Below, one piece after another: positions 49,501 through 61,500 of a stretch of DNA of 64,000 nt. The first letter of the stretch is position 1; each line of letters begins with the position of its first letter. Made by a program: the position numbers and the translations under genes. The stretch spans positions 62,001-126,000 of the forward strand of contig NW_025408521.1 of NCBI RefSeq assembly GCF_018350175.1. The letters run 5' to 3'. The notes under the pieces were generated by a model. That model worked only from the letters and a program-made list of their open reading frames with translations. It was not told the origin of the DNA and did no database searches. The DNA comes from Felis catus (lineage: Eukaryota).

Positions 49501-52500
49501 CCGGGGCTGCTCGCCCCGGGCCTCCAGGCCCGGGGCTGCTCGCCCCGGGCCTCCAGGCCCGGGGCTGCTCGCCCCGGGCCTCCAGGCCCGGGGCTGCTCG
49601 CCCCGGGCCTCCAGGCCCGGGGCTGCTCGCCCCGGGCCTCCAGGCCCGGGGCTGCTCGCCCCGGGCCTCCAGGCCCGGGGCTGCTCGCCCCGGGCCTCCA
49701 GGCCCGGGGCTGCTCGCCCCGGGCCTCCAGGCCCGGGGCTGCTCGCCCCGGGCCTCCAGGCCCGGGGCTGCTCGCCCCGGGCCTCCAGGCCCGGGGCTGC
49801 TCGCCCCGGGCCTCCAGGCCCGGGGCTGCTCGCCCCGGGCCTCCAGGCCCGGGGCTGCTCGCCCCGGGCCTCCAGGCCCGGGGCTGCTCGCCCCGGGCCT
49901 CCAGGCCCGGGGCTGCTCGCCCCGGGCCTCCAGGCCCGGGGCTGCTCGCCCCGGGCCTCCAGGCCCGGGGCTGCTCGCCCCGGGCCTCCAGGCCCGGGGC
50001 TGCTCGCCCCGGGCCTCCAGGCCCGGGGCTGCTCGCCCCGGGCCTCCAGGCCCGGGGCTGCTCGCCCCGGGCCTCCAGGCCCGGGGCTGCTCGCCCCGGG
50101 CCTCCAGGCCCGGGGCTGCTCGCCCCGGGCCTCCAGGCCCGGGGCTGCTCGCCCCGGGCCTCCAGGCCCGGGGCTGCTCGCCCCGGGCCTCCAGGCCCGG
50201 GGCTGCTCGCCCCGGGCCTCCAGGCCCGGGGCTGCTCGCCCCGGGCCTCCAGGCCCGGGGCTGCTCGCCCCGGGCCTCCAGGCCCGGGGCTGCTCGCCCC
50301 GGGCCTCCAGGCCCGGGGCTGCTCGCCCCGGGCCTCCAGGCCCGGGGCTGCTCGCCCCGGGCCTCCAGGCCCGGGGCTGCTCGCCCCGGGCCTCCAGGCC
50401 CGGGGCTGCTCGCCCCGGGCCTCCAGGCCCGGGGCTGCTCGCCCCGGGCCTCCAGGCCCGGGGCTGCTCGCCCCGGGCCTCCAGGCCCGGGGCTGCTCGC
50501 CCCGGGCCTCCAGGCCCGGGGCTGCTCGCCCCGGGCCTCCAGGCCCGGGGCTGCTCGCCCCGGGCCTCCAGGCCCGGGGCTGCTCGCCCCGGGCCTCCAG
50601 GCCCGGGGCTGCTCGCCCCGGGCCTCCAGGCCCGGGGCTGCTCGCCCCGGGCCTCCAGGCCCGGGGCTGCTCGCCCCGGGCCTCCAGGCCCGGGGCTGCT
50701 CGCTATGGCTCACTGTGCCTGAAGCCGTTCCTGTACCTGAAAGATGGGCTCACACAAACAAACACCCGCCAGGCTCTGGGTTCCTTGCTCAGAATCTCCC
50801 GGGGAAGTTCGGAGGGATAGGATGCACAAAATGGGGCTCCACTCGCCCCGGGCCTCCACGCCCGGGGCTGTATCTTACCATGGCTCATCAGGGCTGAAGC
50901 CTCTCCCCGGGCCTCCAGAAACGGGTCAGTGTTTCCCACACAGCCTCCAGACCAGGGGGTCTCAACTAAGAAACTTACGGGGAAGGATGGAGAAGTGGGA
51001 GACCCAGAATCCAATGCAGCCCCTCCGGGGGCTATGCAACAAGCCCAAAAACCCAAGGAGGCATATGCCTGAATCCTGAAAAGCCAACAAACCCTTCCTC
51101 TCAGCTCCGAAACTCCCGGGTTAGGACCGAGAGATGCGAGACCCAGAATCCCAAACACCTGCTACGAGCCCCGGCCTCCAGGCCCTGAGTCGTTACCATG
51201 GCTCACCATGGCTGGAGCCTTTCCCTGTACCTGAGATAAAGGGGTCACAGAACCAGAAACAGGCTCCAGACACAGGGGTCTCAGCTCAGAAACTCCCCAG
51301 AAAGGTCCGAGGGTTTGGGGACACAAAATAGGAAGTGCCCCGCTCGCCCCGGGCCTCCAGGCCCGGGGCTGCTCGCCCCGGGCCTCCAGGCCCGGGGCTG
51401 CTCGCCCCGGGCCTCCAGGCCCGGGGCTGCTCGCCCCGGGCCTCCAGGCCCGGGGCTGCTCGCCCCGGGCCTCCAGGCCCGGGGCTGCTCGCCCCGGGCC
51501 TCCAGGCCCGGGGCTGCTCGCCCCGGGCCTCCAGGCCCGGGGCTGCTCGCCCCGGGCCTCCAGGCCCGGGGCTGCTCGCTATGGCTCACTGTGCCTGAAG
51601 CCGTTCCTGTACCTGAAAGATGGGCTCACACAAACACAAACACCCGCCAGGCTCTGGGTTCCTTGCTCAGAATCTCCCGGGGAAGTTCGGAGGGATAGGA
51701 TGCACAAAATGGATAGTGCTCCACTCGCCCCGGGCCTCCACGCCCGGGGCTGTATCTTACCATGGCTCATCAGGGCTGAAGCCTCTCCCCGGGCCTCGAC
51801 AGAAACGGGTCAGTGTTTCCCACACAGCCTCCAGACCAGGGGGTCTCAACTAAGAAACTTACGGGGAAGGATGGAGAAGTGGGAGACCCAGAATCCAATG
51901 CAGCCCCTCCGGGGGCTATGCAACAAGCCCAAAAACCCAAGGAGGCATATGCCTGAATCCTGAAAAGCCAACAAACCCTTCCTCTCAGCTCCGAAACTCC
52001 CGGGTTAGGACCGAGAGATGCGAGACCCAGAATCCCAAACACCTGCTACGAGCCCCGGCCTCCAGGCCCTGAGTCGTTACCATGGCTCACCATGGCTGGA
52101 GCCTTTCCCTGTACCTGAGATAAAGGGGTCACAGAACCAGAAACAGGCTCCAGACACAGGGGTCTCAGCTCAGAAACTCCCCAGAAAGGTCCGAGGGTTT
52201 GGGGACACAAAATAGGAAGTGCCCCGCTCGCCCCGGGCCTCCAGGCCCGGGGCTGCTCGCCCCGGGCCTCCAGGCCCGGGGCTGCTCGCCCCGGGCCTCC
52301 AGGCCCGGGGCTGCTCGCCCCGGGCCTCCAGGCCCGGGGCTGCTCGCCCCGGGCCTCCAGGCCCGGGGCTGCTCGCCCCGGGCCTCCAGGCCCGGGGCTG
52401 CTCGCCCCGGGCCTCCAGGCCCGGGGCTGCTCGCCCCGGGCCTCCAGGCCCGGGGCTGCTCGCCCCGGGCCTCCAGGCCCGGGGCTGCTCGCCCCGGGCC

Positions 52501-55500
52501 TCCACGCCCGGGGCTGCTCGCCCCGGGCCTCCACGCCCGGGGCTGCTCGCCCCGGGCCTCCACGCCCGGGGCTGCTCGCCCCGGGCCTCCACGCCCGGGG
52601 CTGCTCGCTATGGCTCACTGTGCCTGAAGCCGTTCCTGTACCTGAAAGATGGGCTCACACAAACACAAACACCCGCCAGGCTCTGGGTTCCTTGCTCAGA
52701 ATCTCCCGGGGAAGTTCGGAGGGATAGGATGCACAAAATGGATAGTGCTCCACTCGCCCCGGGCCTCCACGCCCGGGGCTGTATCTTACCATGGCTCATC
52801 AGGGCTGAAGCCTCTCCCAGTACCCGACAGAAACGGGTCAGTGTTTCCCACACAGCCTCCAGACCAGGGGGTCTCAACTAAGAAACTTACGGGGAAGGAT
52901 GGAGAAGTGGGAGACCCAGAATCCAATGCAGCCCCTCCGGGGGCTATGCAACAAGCCCAAAAACCCAAGGAGGCATATGCCTGAATCCTGAAAAGCCAAC
53001 AAACCCTTCCTCTCAGCTCCGAAACTCCCGGGTTAGGACCGAGAGATGCGAGACCCAGAATCCCAAACACCTGCTACGAGCCCCGGCCTCCAGGCCCTGA
53101 GTCGTTACCATGGCTCACCATGGCTGGAGCCTTTCCCTGTACCTGAGATAAAGGGGTCACAGAACCAGAAACAGGCTCCAGACACAGGGGTCTCAGCTCA
53201 GAAACTCCCCAGAAAGGTCCGAGGGTTTGGGGACACAAAATAGGAAGTGCCCCGCTCGCCCCGGGCCTCCAGGCCCGGGGCTGCTCGCCCCGGGCCTCCA
53301 GGCCCGGGGCTGCTCGCCCCGGGCCTCCAGGCCCGGGGCTGCTCGCCCCGGGCCTCCAGGCCCGGGGCTGCTCGCCCCGGGCCTCCAGGCCCGGGGCTGC
53401 TCGCCCCGGGCCTCCAGGCCCGGGGCTGCTCGCCCCGGGCCTCCAGGCCCGGGGCTGCTCGCCCCGGGCCTCCAGGCCCGGGGCTGCTCGCCCCGGGCCT
53501 CCAGGCCCGGGGCTGCTCGCCCCGGGCCTCCAGGCCCGGGGCTGCTCGCCCCGGGCCTCCAGGCCCGGGGCTGCTCGCCCCGGGCCTCCAGGCCCGGGGC
53601 TGCTCGCCCCGGGCCTCCAGGCCCGGGGCTGCTCGCCCCGGGCCTCCAGGCCCGGGGCTGCTCGCCCCGGGCCTCCAGGCCCGGGGCTGCTCGCCCCGGG
53701 CCTCCAGGCCCGGGGCTGCTCGCCCCGGGCCTCCAGGCCCGGGGCTGCTCGCCCCGGGCCTCCAGGCCCGGGGCTGCTCGCCCCGGGCCTCCAGGCCCGG
53801 GGCTGCTCGCCCCGGGCCTCCAGGCCCGGGGCTGCTCGCCCCGGGCCTCCAGGCCCGGGGCTGCTCGCCCCGGGCCTCCAGGCCCGGGGCTGCTCGCCCC
53901 GGGCCTCCAGGCCCGGGGCTGCTCGCCCCGGGCCTCCAGGCCCGGGGCTGCTCGCCCCGGGCCTCCAGGCCCGGGGCTGCTCGCCCCGGGCCTCCAGGCC
54001 CGGGGCTGCTCGCCCCGGGCCTCCAGGCCCGGGGCTGCTCGCCCCGGGCCTCCACGCCCGGGGCTGCTCGCCCCGGGCCTCCACGCCCGGGGCTGCTCGC
54101 TATGGCTCACTGTGCCTGAAGCCGTTCCTGTACCTGAAAGATGGGCTCACACAAACACAAACACCCGCCAGGCTCTGGGTTCCTTGCTCAGAATCTCCCG
54201 GGGAAGTTCGGAGGGATAGGATGCACAAAATGGATAGTGCTCCACTCGCCCCAGGCCTCCACGCCCGGGGCTGTATCTTACCATGGCTCATCAGGGCTGA
54301 AGCCTCTCCCAGTACCCGACAGAAACGGGTCAGTGTTTCCCACACAGCCTCCAGACCAGGGGGTCTCAACTAAGAAACTCACGGGGAAGGATGGAGAAGT
54401 GGGAGACCCAGAATCCAATGCAGCCCCTCCGGGGGCTATGCAACAAGCCCAAAAACCCAAGGAGGCATATGCCTGAATCCTGAAAAGCCAACAAACCCTT
54501 CCTCTCAGCTCCGAAACTCCCGGGTTAGGACCGAGAGATGCGAGACCCAGAATCCCAAACACCTGCTACGAGCCCCGGCCTCCAGGCCCTGAGTCGTTAC
54601 CATGGCTCACCATGGCTGGAGCCTTTCCCTGTACCTGAGATAAAGGGGTCACAGAACCAGAAACAGGCTCCAGACACAGGGGTCTCAGCTCAGAAACTCC
54701 CCAGAAAGGTCCGAGGGTTTGGGGACACAAAATAGGAAGTGCCCCGCTCGCCCCGGGCCTCCAGGCCCGGGGCTGCTCGCCCCGGGCCTCCAGGCCCGGG
54801 GCTGCTCGCCCCGGGCCTCCAGGCCCGGGGCTGCTCGCCCCGGGCCTCCAGGCCCGGGGCTGCTCGCCCCGGGCCTCCAGGCCCGGGGCTGCTCGCCCCG
54901 GGCCTCCAGGCCCGGGGCTGCTCGCCCCGGGCCTCCAGGCCCGGGGCTGCTCGCCCCGGGCCTCCAGGCCCGGGGCTGCTCGCCCCGGGCCTCCAGGCCC
55001 GGGGCTGCTCGCCCCGGGCCTCCAGGCCCGGGGCTGCTCGCCCCGGGCCTCCACGCCCGGGGCTGCTCGCCCCGGGCCTCCACGCCCGGGGCTGCTCGCT
55101 ATGGCTCACTGTGCCTGAAGCCGTTCCTGTACCTGAAAGATGGGCTCACACAAACACAAACACCCGCCAGGCTCTGGGTTCCTTGCTCAGAATCTCCCGG
55201 GGAAGTTCGGAGGGATAGGATGCACAAAATGGATAGTGCTCCACTCGCCCCAGGCCTCCACGCCCGGGGCTGTATCTTACCATGGCTCATCAGGGCTGAA
55301 GCCTCTCCCAGTACCCGACAGAAACGGGTCAGTGTTTCCCACACAGCCTCCAGACCAGGGGGTCTCAACTAAGAAACTCACGGGGAAGGATGGAGAAGTG
55401 GGAGACCCAGAATCCAATGCAGCCCCTCCGGGGGCTATGCAACAAGCCCAAAAACCCAAGGAGGCATATGCCTGAATCCTGAAAAGCCAACAAACCCTTC

Positions 55501-58500
55501 CTCTCAGCTCCGAAACTCCCGGGTTAGGACCGAGAGATGCGAGACCCAGAATCCCAAACACCTGCTACGAGCCCCGGCCTCCAGGCCCTGAGTCGTTACC
55601 ATGGCTCACCATGGCTGGAGCCTTTCCCTGTACCTGAGATAAAGGGGTCACAGAACCAGAAACAGGCTCCAGACACAGGGGTCTCAGCTCAGAAACTCCC
55701 CAGAAAGGTCCGAGGGTTTGGGGACACAAAATAGGAAGTGCCCCGCTCGCCCCGGGCCTCCAGGCCCGGGGCTGCTCGCCCCGGGCCTCCAGGCCCGGGG
55801 CTGCTCGCCCCGGGCCTCCAGGCCCGGGGCTGCTCGCCCCGGGCCTCCAGGCCCGGGGCTGCTCGCCCCGGGCCTCCAGGCCCGGGGCTGCTCGCCCCGG
55901 GCCTCCAGGCCCGGGGCTGCTCGCCCCGGGCCTCCAGGCCCGGGGCTGCTCGCCCCGGGCCTCCAGGCCCGGGGCTGCTCGCCCCGGGCCTCCAGGCCCG
56001 GGGCTGCTCGCCCCGGGCCTCCAGGCCCGGGGCTGCTCGCCCCGGGCCTCCAGGCCCGGGGCTGCTCGCCCCGGGCCTCCAGGCCCGGGGCTGCTCGCCC
56101 CGGGCCTCCAGGCCCGGGGCTGCTCGCCCCGGGCCTCCAGGCCCGGGGCTGCTCGCCCCGGGCCTCCAGGCCCGGGGCTGCTCGCCCCGGGCCTCCAGGC
56201 CCGGGGCTGCTCGCCCCGGGCCTCCAGGCCCGGGGCTGCTCGCCCCGGGCCTCCAGGCCCGGGGCTGCTCGCCCCGGGCCTCCAGGCCCGGGGCTGCTCG
56301 CCCCGGGCCTCCAGGCCCGGGGCTGCTCGCCCCGGGCCTCCAGGCCCGGGGCTGCTCGCCCCGGGCCTCCAGGCCCGGGGCTGCTCGCCCCGGGCCTCCA
56401 GGCCCGGGGCTGCTCGCCCCGGGCCTCCAGGCCCGGGGCTGCTCGCCCCGGGCCTCCAGGCCCGGGGCTGCTCGCCCCGGGCCTCCAGGCCCGGGGCTGC
56501 TCGCCCCGGGCCTCCAGGCCCGGGGCTGCTCGCCCCGGGCCTCCAGGCCCGGGGCTGCTCGCCCCGGGCCTCCAGGCCCGGGGCTGCTCGCCCCGGGCCT
56601 CCAGGCCCGGGGCTGCTCGCCCCGGGCCTCCAGGCCCGGGGCTGCTCGCCCCGGGCCTCCAGGCCCGGGGCTGCTCGCCCCGGGCCTCCAGGCCCGGGGC
56701 TGCTCGCCCCGGGCCTCCAGGCCCGGGGCTGCTCGCCCCGGGCCTCCAGGCCCGGGGCTGCTCGCCCCGGGCCTCCAGGCCCGGGGCTGCTCGCCCCGGG
56801 CCTCCAGGCCCGGGGCTGCTCGCCCCGGGCCTCCAGGCCCGGGGCTGCTCGCCCCGGGCCTCCAGGCCCGGGGCTGCTCGCCCCGGGCCTCCAGGCCCGG
56901 GGCTGCTCGCCCCGGGCCTCCAGGCCCGGGGCTGCTCGCCCCGGGCCTCCAGGCCCGGGGCTGCTCGCCCCGGGCCTCCAGGCCCGGGGCTGCTCGCCCC
57001 GGGCCTCCAGGCCCGGGGCTGCTCGCCCCGGGCCTCCAGGCCCGGGGCTGCTCGCCCCGGGCCTCCAGGCCCGGGGCTGCTCGCCCCGGGCCTCCAGGCC
57101 CGGGGCTGCTCGCCCCGGGCCTCCAGGCCCGGGGCTGCTCGCCCCGGGCCTCCAGGCCCGGGGCTGCTCGCCCCGGGCCTCCAGGCCCGGGGCTGCTCGC
57201 CCCGGGCCTCCAGGCCCGGGGCTGCTCGCCCCGGGCCTCCAGGCCCGGGGCTGCTCGCCCCGGGCCTCCAGGCCCGGGGCTGCTCGCCCCGGGCCTCCAG
57301 GCCCGGGGCTGCTCGCCCCGGGCCTCCAGGCCCGGGGCTGCTCGCCCCGGCTCACTGTGCCTGAAGCCGTTCCTGTACCTGAAAGATGGGCTGCTCGCCC
57401 CGGCCTCCAGGCCCGGGGTTCTGCTCAGAACTCCGGGGAAGTTCGGAGGGATAGGATGCACAGGGGCTGCTCGCCCCGGGCCTCCAGGCCCGGGGCTGTA
57501 TCTCGCCCCGGGCCTCATCAGGGCTGAAGCTGCTCGCCCCGGGCCTCCAGGCCCGGGGCTGCTCGCCCCGGGCCTCCAGGCCCGGGGGTGCTCAGCGGAG
57601 GTGGGAGACCCAGAATCCAATGCAGCCCCTCCGGGGGCTATGCAACAAGCCCAAAAACCCAAGGAGGCTGCCTGAATCCTGAAAAGCCAACAAACCCTTC
57701 CTCTCAGCTCCGAAACTCCCGGGTTAGGCCCGGGGCTGCTCGCCCCGGGCCTCCAGGCCCGGGGCTGCTACGCCCCGGGCCTCCAGGCCCTGAGTCGTTA
57801 CCATGGCTCACCATGGCTGGAGCCTTTCCCTGTACCTGAGATAAAGGGGTCACAGAACCAGAAACAGGCTCCAGACACAGGGGTCTCAGCTCAGAAACTC
57901 CCCAGAAAGGTCCGAGGGTTTGGGGACACAAAATAGGAAGTGCCCCGCTCGCCCCGGGCCTCCAGGCCCGGGGCTGCTCGCCCCGGGCCTCCAGGCCCGG
58001 GGCTGCTCGCCCCGGGCCTCCAGGCCCGGGGCTGCTCGCCCCGGGCCTCCAGGCCCGGGGCTGCTCGCCCCGGGCCTCCAGGCCCGGGGCTGCTCGCCCC
58101 GGGCCTCCAGGCCCGGGGCTGCTCGCCCCGGGCCTCCAGGCCCGGGGCTGCTCGCCCCGGGCCTCCAGGCCCGGGGCTGCTCGCCCCGGGCCTCCAGGCC
58201 CGGGGCTGCTCGCCCCGGGCCTCCAGGCCCGGGGCTGCTCGCCCCGGGCCTCCAGGCCCGGGGCTGCTCGCCCCGGGCCTCCAGGCCCGGGGCTGCTCGC
58301 CCCGGGCCTCCAGGCCCGGGGCTGCTCGCCCCGGGCCTCCAGGCCCGGGGCTGCTCGCCCCGGGCCTCCAGGCCCGGGGCTGCTCGCCCCGGGCCTCCAG
58401 GCCCGGGGCTGCTCGCCCCGGGCCTCCAGGCCCGGGGCTGCTCGCCCCGGGCCTCCAGGCCCGGGGCTGCTCGCCCCGGGCCTCCAGGCCCGGGGCTGCT

Positions 58501-61500
58501 CGCCCCGGGCCTCCAGGCCCGGGGCTGCTCGCCCCGGGCCTCCACGCCCGGGGCTGCTCGCTATGGCTCACTGTGCCTGAAGCCGTTCCTGTACCTGAAA
58601 GATGGGCTCACACAAACACAAACACCCGCCAGGCTCTGGGTTCCTTGCTCAGAATCTCCCGGGGAAGTTCGGAGGGATAGGATGCACAAAATGGATAGTG
58701 CTCCACTCGCCCCGGGCCTCCACGCCCGGGGCTGTATCTTACCATGGCTCATCAGGGCTGAAGCCTCTCCCCGGACCCGACAGAAACGGGTCAGTGTTTC
58801 CCACACAGCCTCCAGACCAGGGGGTCTCAACTAAGAAACTTACGGGGAAGGATGGAGAAGTGGGAGACCCAGAATCCAATGCAGCCCCTCCGGGGGCTAT
58901 GCAACAAGCCCAAAAACCCAAGGAGGCATATGCCTGAATCCTGAAAAGCCAACAAACCCTTCCTCTCAGCTCCGAAACTCCCGGGTTAGGACCGAGAGAT
59001 GCGAGACCCAGAATCCCAAACACCTGCTACGAGCCCCGGCCTCCAGGCCCTGAGTCGTTACCATGGCTCACCATGGCTGGAGCCTTTCCCTGTACCTGAG
59101 ATAAAGGGGTCACAGAACCAGAAACAGGCTCCAGACACAGGGGTCTCAGCTCAGAAACTCCCCAGAAAGGTCCGAGGGTTTGGGGACACAAAATAGGAAG
59201 TGCCCCGCTCGCCCCGGGCCTCCAGGCCCGGGGCTGCTCGCCCCGGGCCTCCAGGCCCGGGGCTGCTCGCCCCGGGCCTCCAGGCCCGGGGCTGCTCGCC
59301 CCGGGCCTCCAGGCCCGGGGCTGCTCGCCCCGGGCCTCCAGGCCCGGGGCTGCTCGCCCCGGGCCTCCAGGCCCGGGGCTGCTCGCCCCGGGCCTCCAGG
59401 CCCGGGGCTGCTCGCCCCGGGCCTCCAGGCCCGGGGCTGCTCGCCCCGGGCCTCCAGGCCCGGGGCTGCTCGCCCCGGGCCTCCAGGCCCGGGGCTGCTC
59501 GCCCCGGGCCTCCAGGCCCGGGGCTGCTCGCCCCGGGCCTCCAGGCCCGGGGCTGCTCGCCCCGGGCCTCCAGGCCCGGGGCTGCTCGCCCCGGGCCTCC
59601 AGGCCCGGGGCTGCTCGCCCCGGGCCTCCAGGCCCGGGGCTGCTCGCCCCGGGCCTCCAGGCCCGGGGCTGCTCGCCCCGGGCCTCCAGGCCCGGGGCTG
59701 CTCGCCCCGGGCCTCCAGGCCCGGGGCTGCTCGCCCCGGGCCTCCAGGCCCGGGGCTGCTCGCCCCGGGCCTCCACGCCCGGGGCTGCTCGCCCCGGGCC
59801 TCCACGCCCGGGGCTGCTCGCTATGGCTCACTGTGCCTGAAGCCGTTCCTGTACCTGAAAGATGGGCTCACACAAACACAAACACCCGCCAGGCTCTGGG
59901 TTCCTTGCTCAGAATCTCCCGGGGAAGTTCGGAGGGATAGGATGCACAAAATGGATAGTGCTCCACTCGCCCCGGGCCTCCACGCCCGGGGCTGTATCTT
60001 ACCATGGCTCATCAGGGCTGAAGCCTCTCCCCGGACCCGACAGAAACGGGTCAGTGTTTCCCACACAGCCTCCAGACCAGGGGGTCTCAACTAAGAAACT
60101 CACGGGGAAGGATGGAGAAGTGGGAGACCCAGAATCCAATGCAGCCCCTCCGGGGGCTATGCAACAAGCCCAAAAACCCAAGGAGGCATATGCCTGAATC
60201 CTGAAAAGCCAACAAACCCTTCCTCTCAGCTCCGAAACTCCCGGGTTAGGACCGAGAGATGCGAGACCCAGAATCCCAAACACCTGCTACGAGCCCCGGC
60301 CTCCAGGCCCTGAGTCGTTACCATGGCTCACCATGGCTGGAGCCTTTCCCTGTACCTGAGATAAAGGGGTCACAGAACCAGAAACAGGCTCCAGACACAG
60401 GGGTCTCAGCTCAGAAACTCCCCAGAAAGGTCCGAGGGTTTGGGGACACAAAATAGGAAGTGCCCCGCTCGCCCCGGGCCTCCAGGCCCGGGGCTGCTCG
60501 CCCCGGGCCTCCAGGCCCGGGGCTGCTCGCCCCGGGCCTCCAGGCCCGGGGCTGCTCGCCCCGGGCCTCCAGGCCCGGGGCTGCTCGCCCCGGGCCTCCA
60601 GGCCCGGGGCTGCTCGCCCCGGGCCTCCAGGCCCGGGGCTGCTCGCCCCGGGCCTCCAGGCCCGGGGCTGCTCGCCCCGGGCCTCCAGGCCCGGGGCTGC
60701 TCGCCCCGGGCCTCCAGGCCCGGGGCTGCTCGCCCCGGGCCTCCAGGCCCGGGGCTGCTCGCCCCGGGCCTCCAGGCCCGGGGCTGCTCGCCCCGGGCCT
60801 CCAGGCCCGGGGCTGCTCGCCCCGGGCCTCCACGCCCGGGGCTGCTCGCCCCGGGCCTCCACGCCCGGGGCTGCTCGCTATGGCTCACTGTGCCTGAAGC
60901 CGTTCCTGTACCTGAAAGATGGGCTCACACAAACACAAACACCCGCCAGGCTCTGGGTTCCTTGCTCAGAATCTCCCGGGGAAGTTCGGAGGGATAGGAT
61001 GCACAAAATGGATAGTGCTCCACTCGCCCCGGGCCTCCACGCCCGGGGCTGTATCTTACCATGGCTCATCAGGGCTGAAGCCTCTCCCCGGACCCGACAG
61101 AAACGGGTCAGTGTTTCCCACACAGCCTCCAGACCAGGGGGTCTCAACTAAGAAACTTACGGGGAAGGATGGAGAAGTGGGAGACCCAGAATCCAATGCA
61201 GCCCCTCCGGGGGCTATGCAACAAGCCCAAAAACCCAAGGAGGCATATGCCTGAATCCTGAAAAGCCAACAAACCCTTCCTCTCAGCTCCGAAACTCCCG
61301 GGTTAGGACCGAGAGATGCGAGACCCAGAATCCCAAACACCTGCTACGAGCCCCGGCCTCCAGGCCCTGAGTCGTTACCATGGCTCACCATGGCTGGAGC
61401 CTTTCCCTGTACCTGAGATAAAGGGGTCACAGAACCAGAAACAGGCTCCAGACACAGGGGTCTCAGCTCAGAAACTCCCCAGAAAGGTCCGAGGGTTTGG

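Noticed and set aside
46835..50820. ORFs up to ~1290 aa with collagen-like GPPGPG, Pro/Gly/Arg-rich repeats on both strands
   Set aside because: The 29-mer has no stop codon in any frame. Since 29 is not a multiple of 3, all frames on a strand give the same 29-aa repeat. No sustained Gly-X-Y pattern or gene structure.
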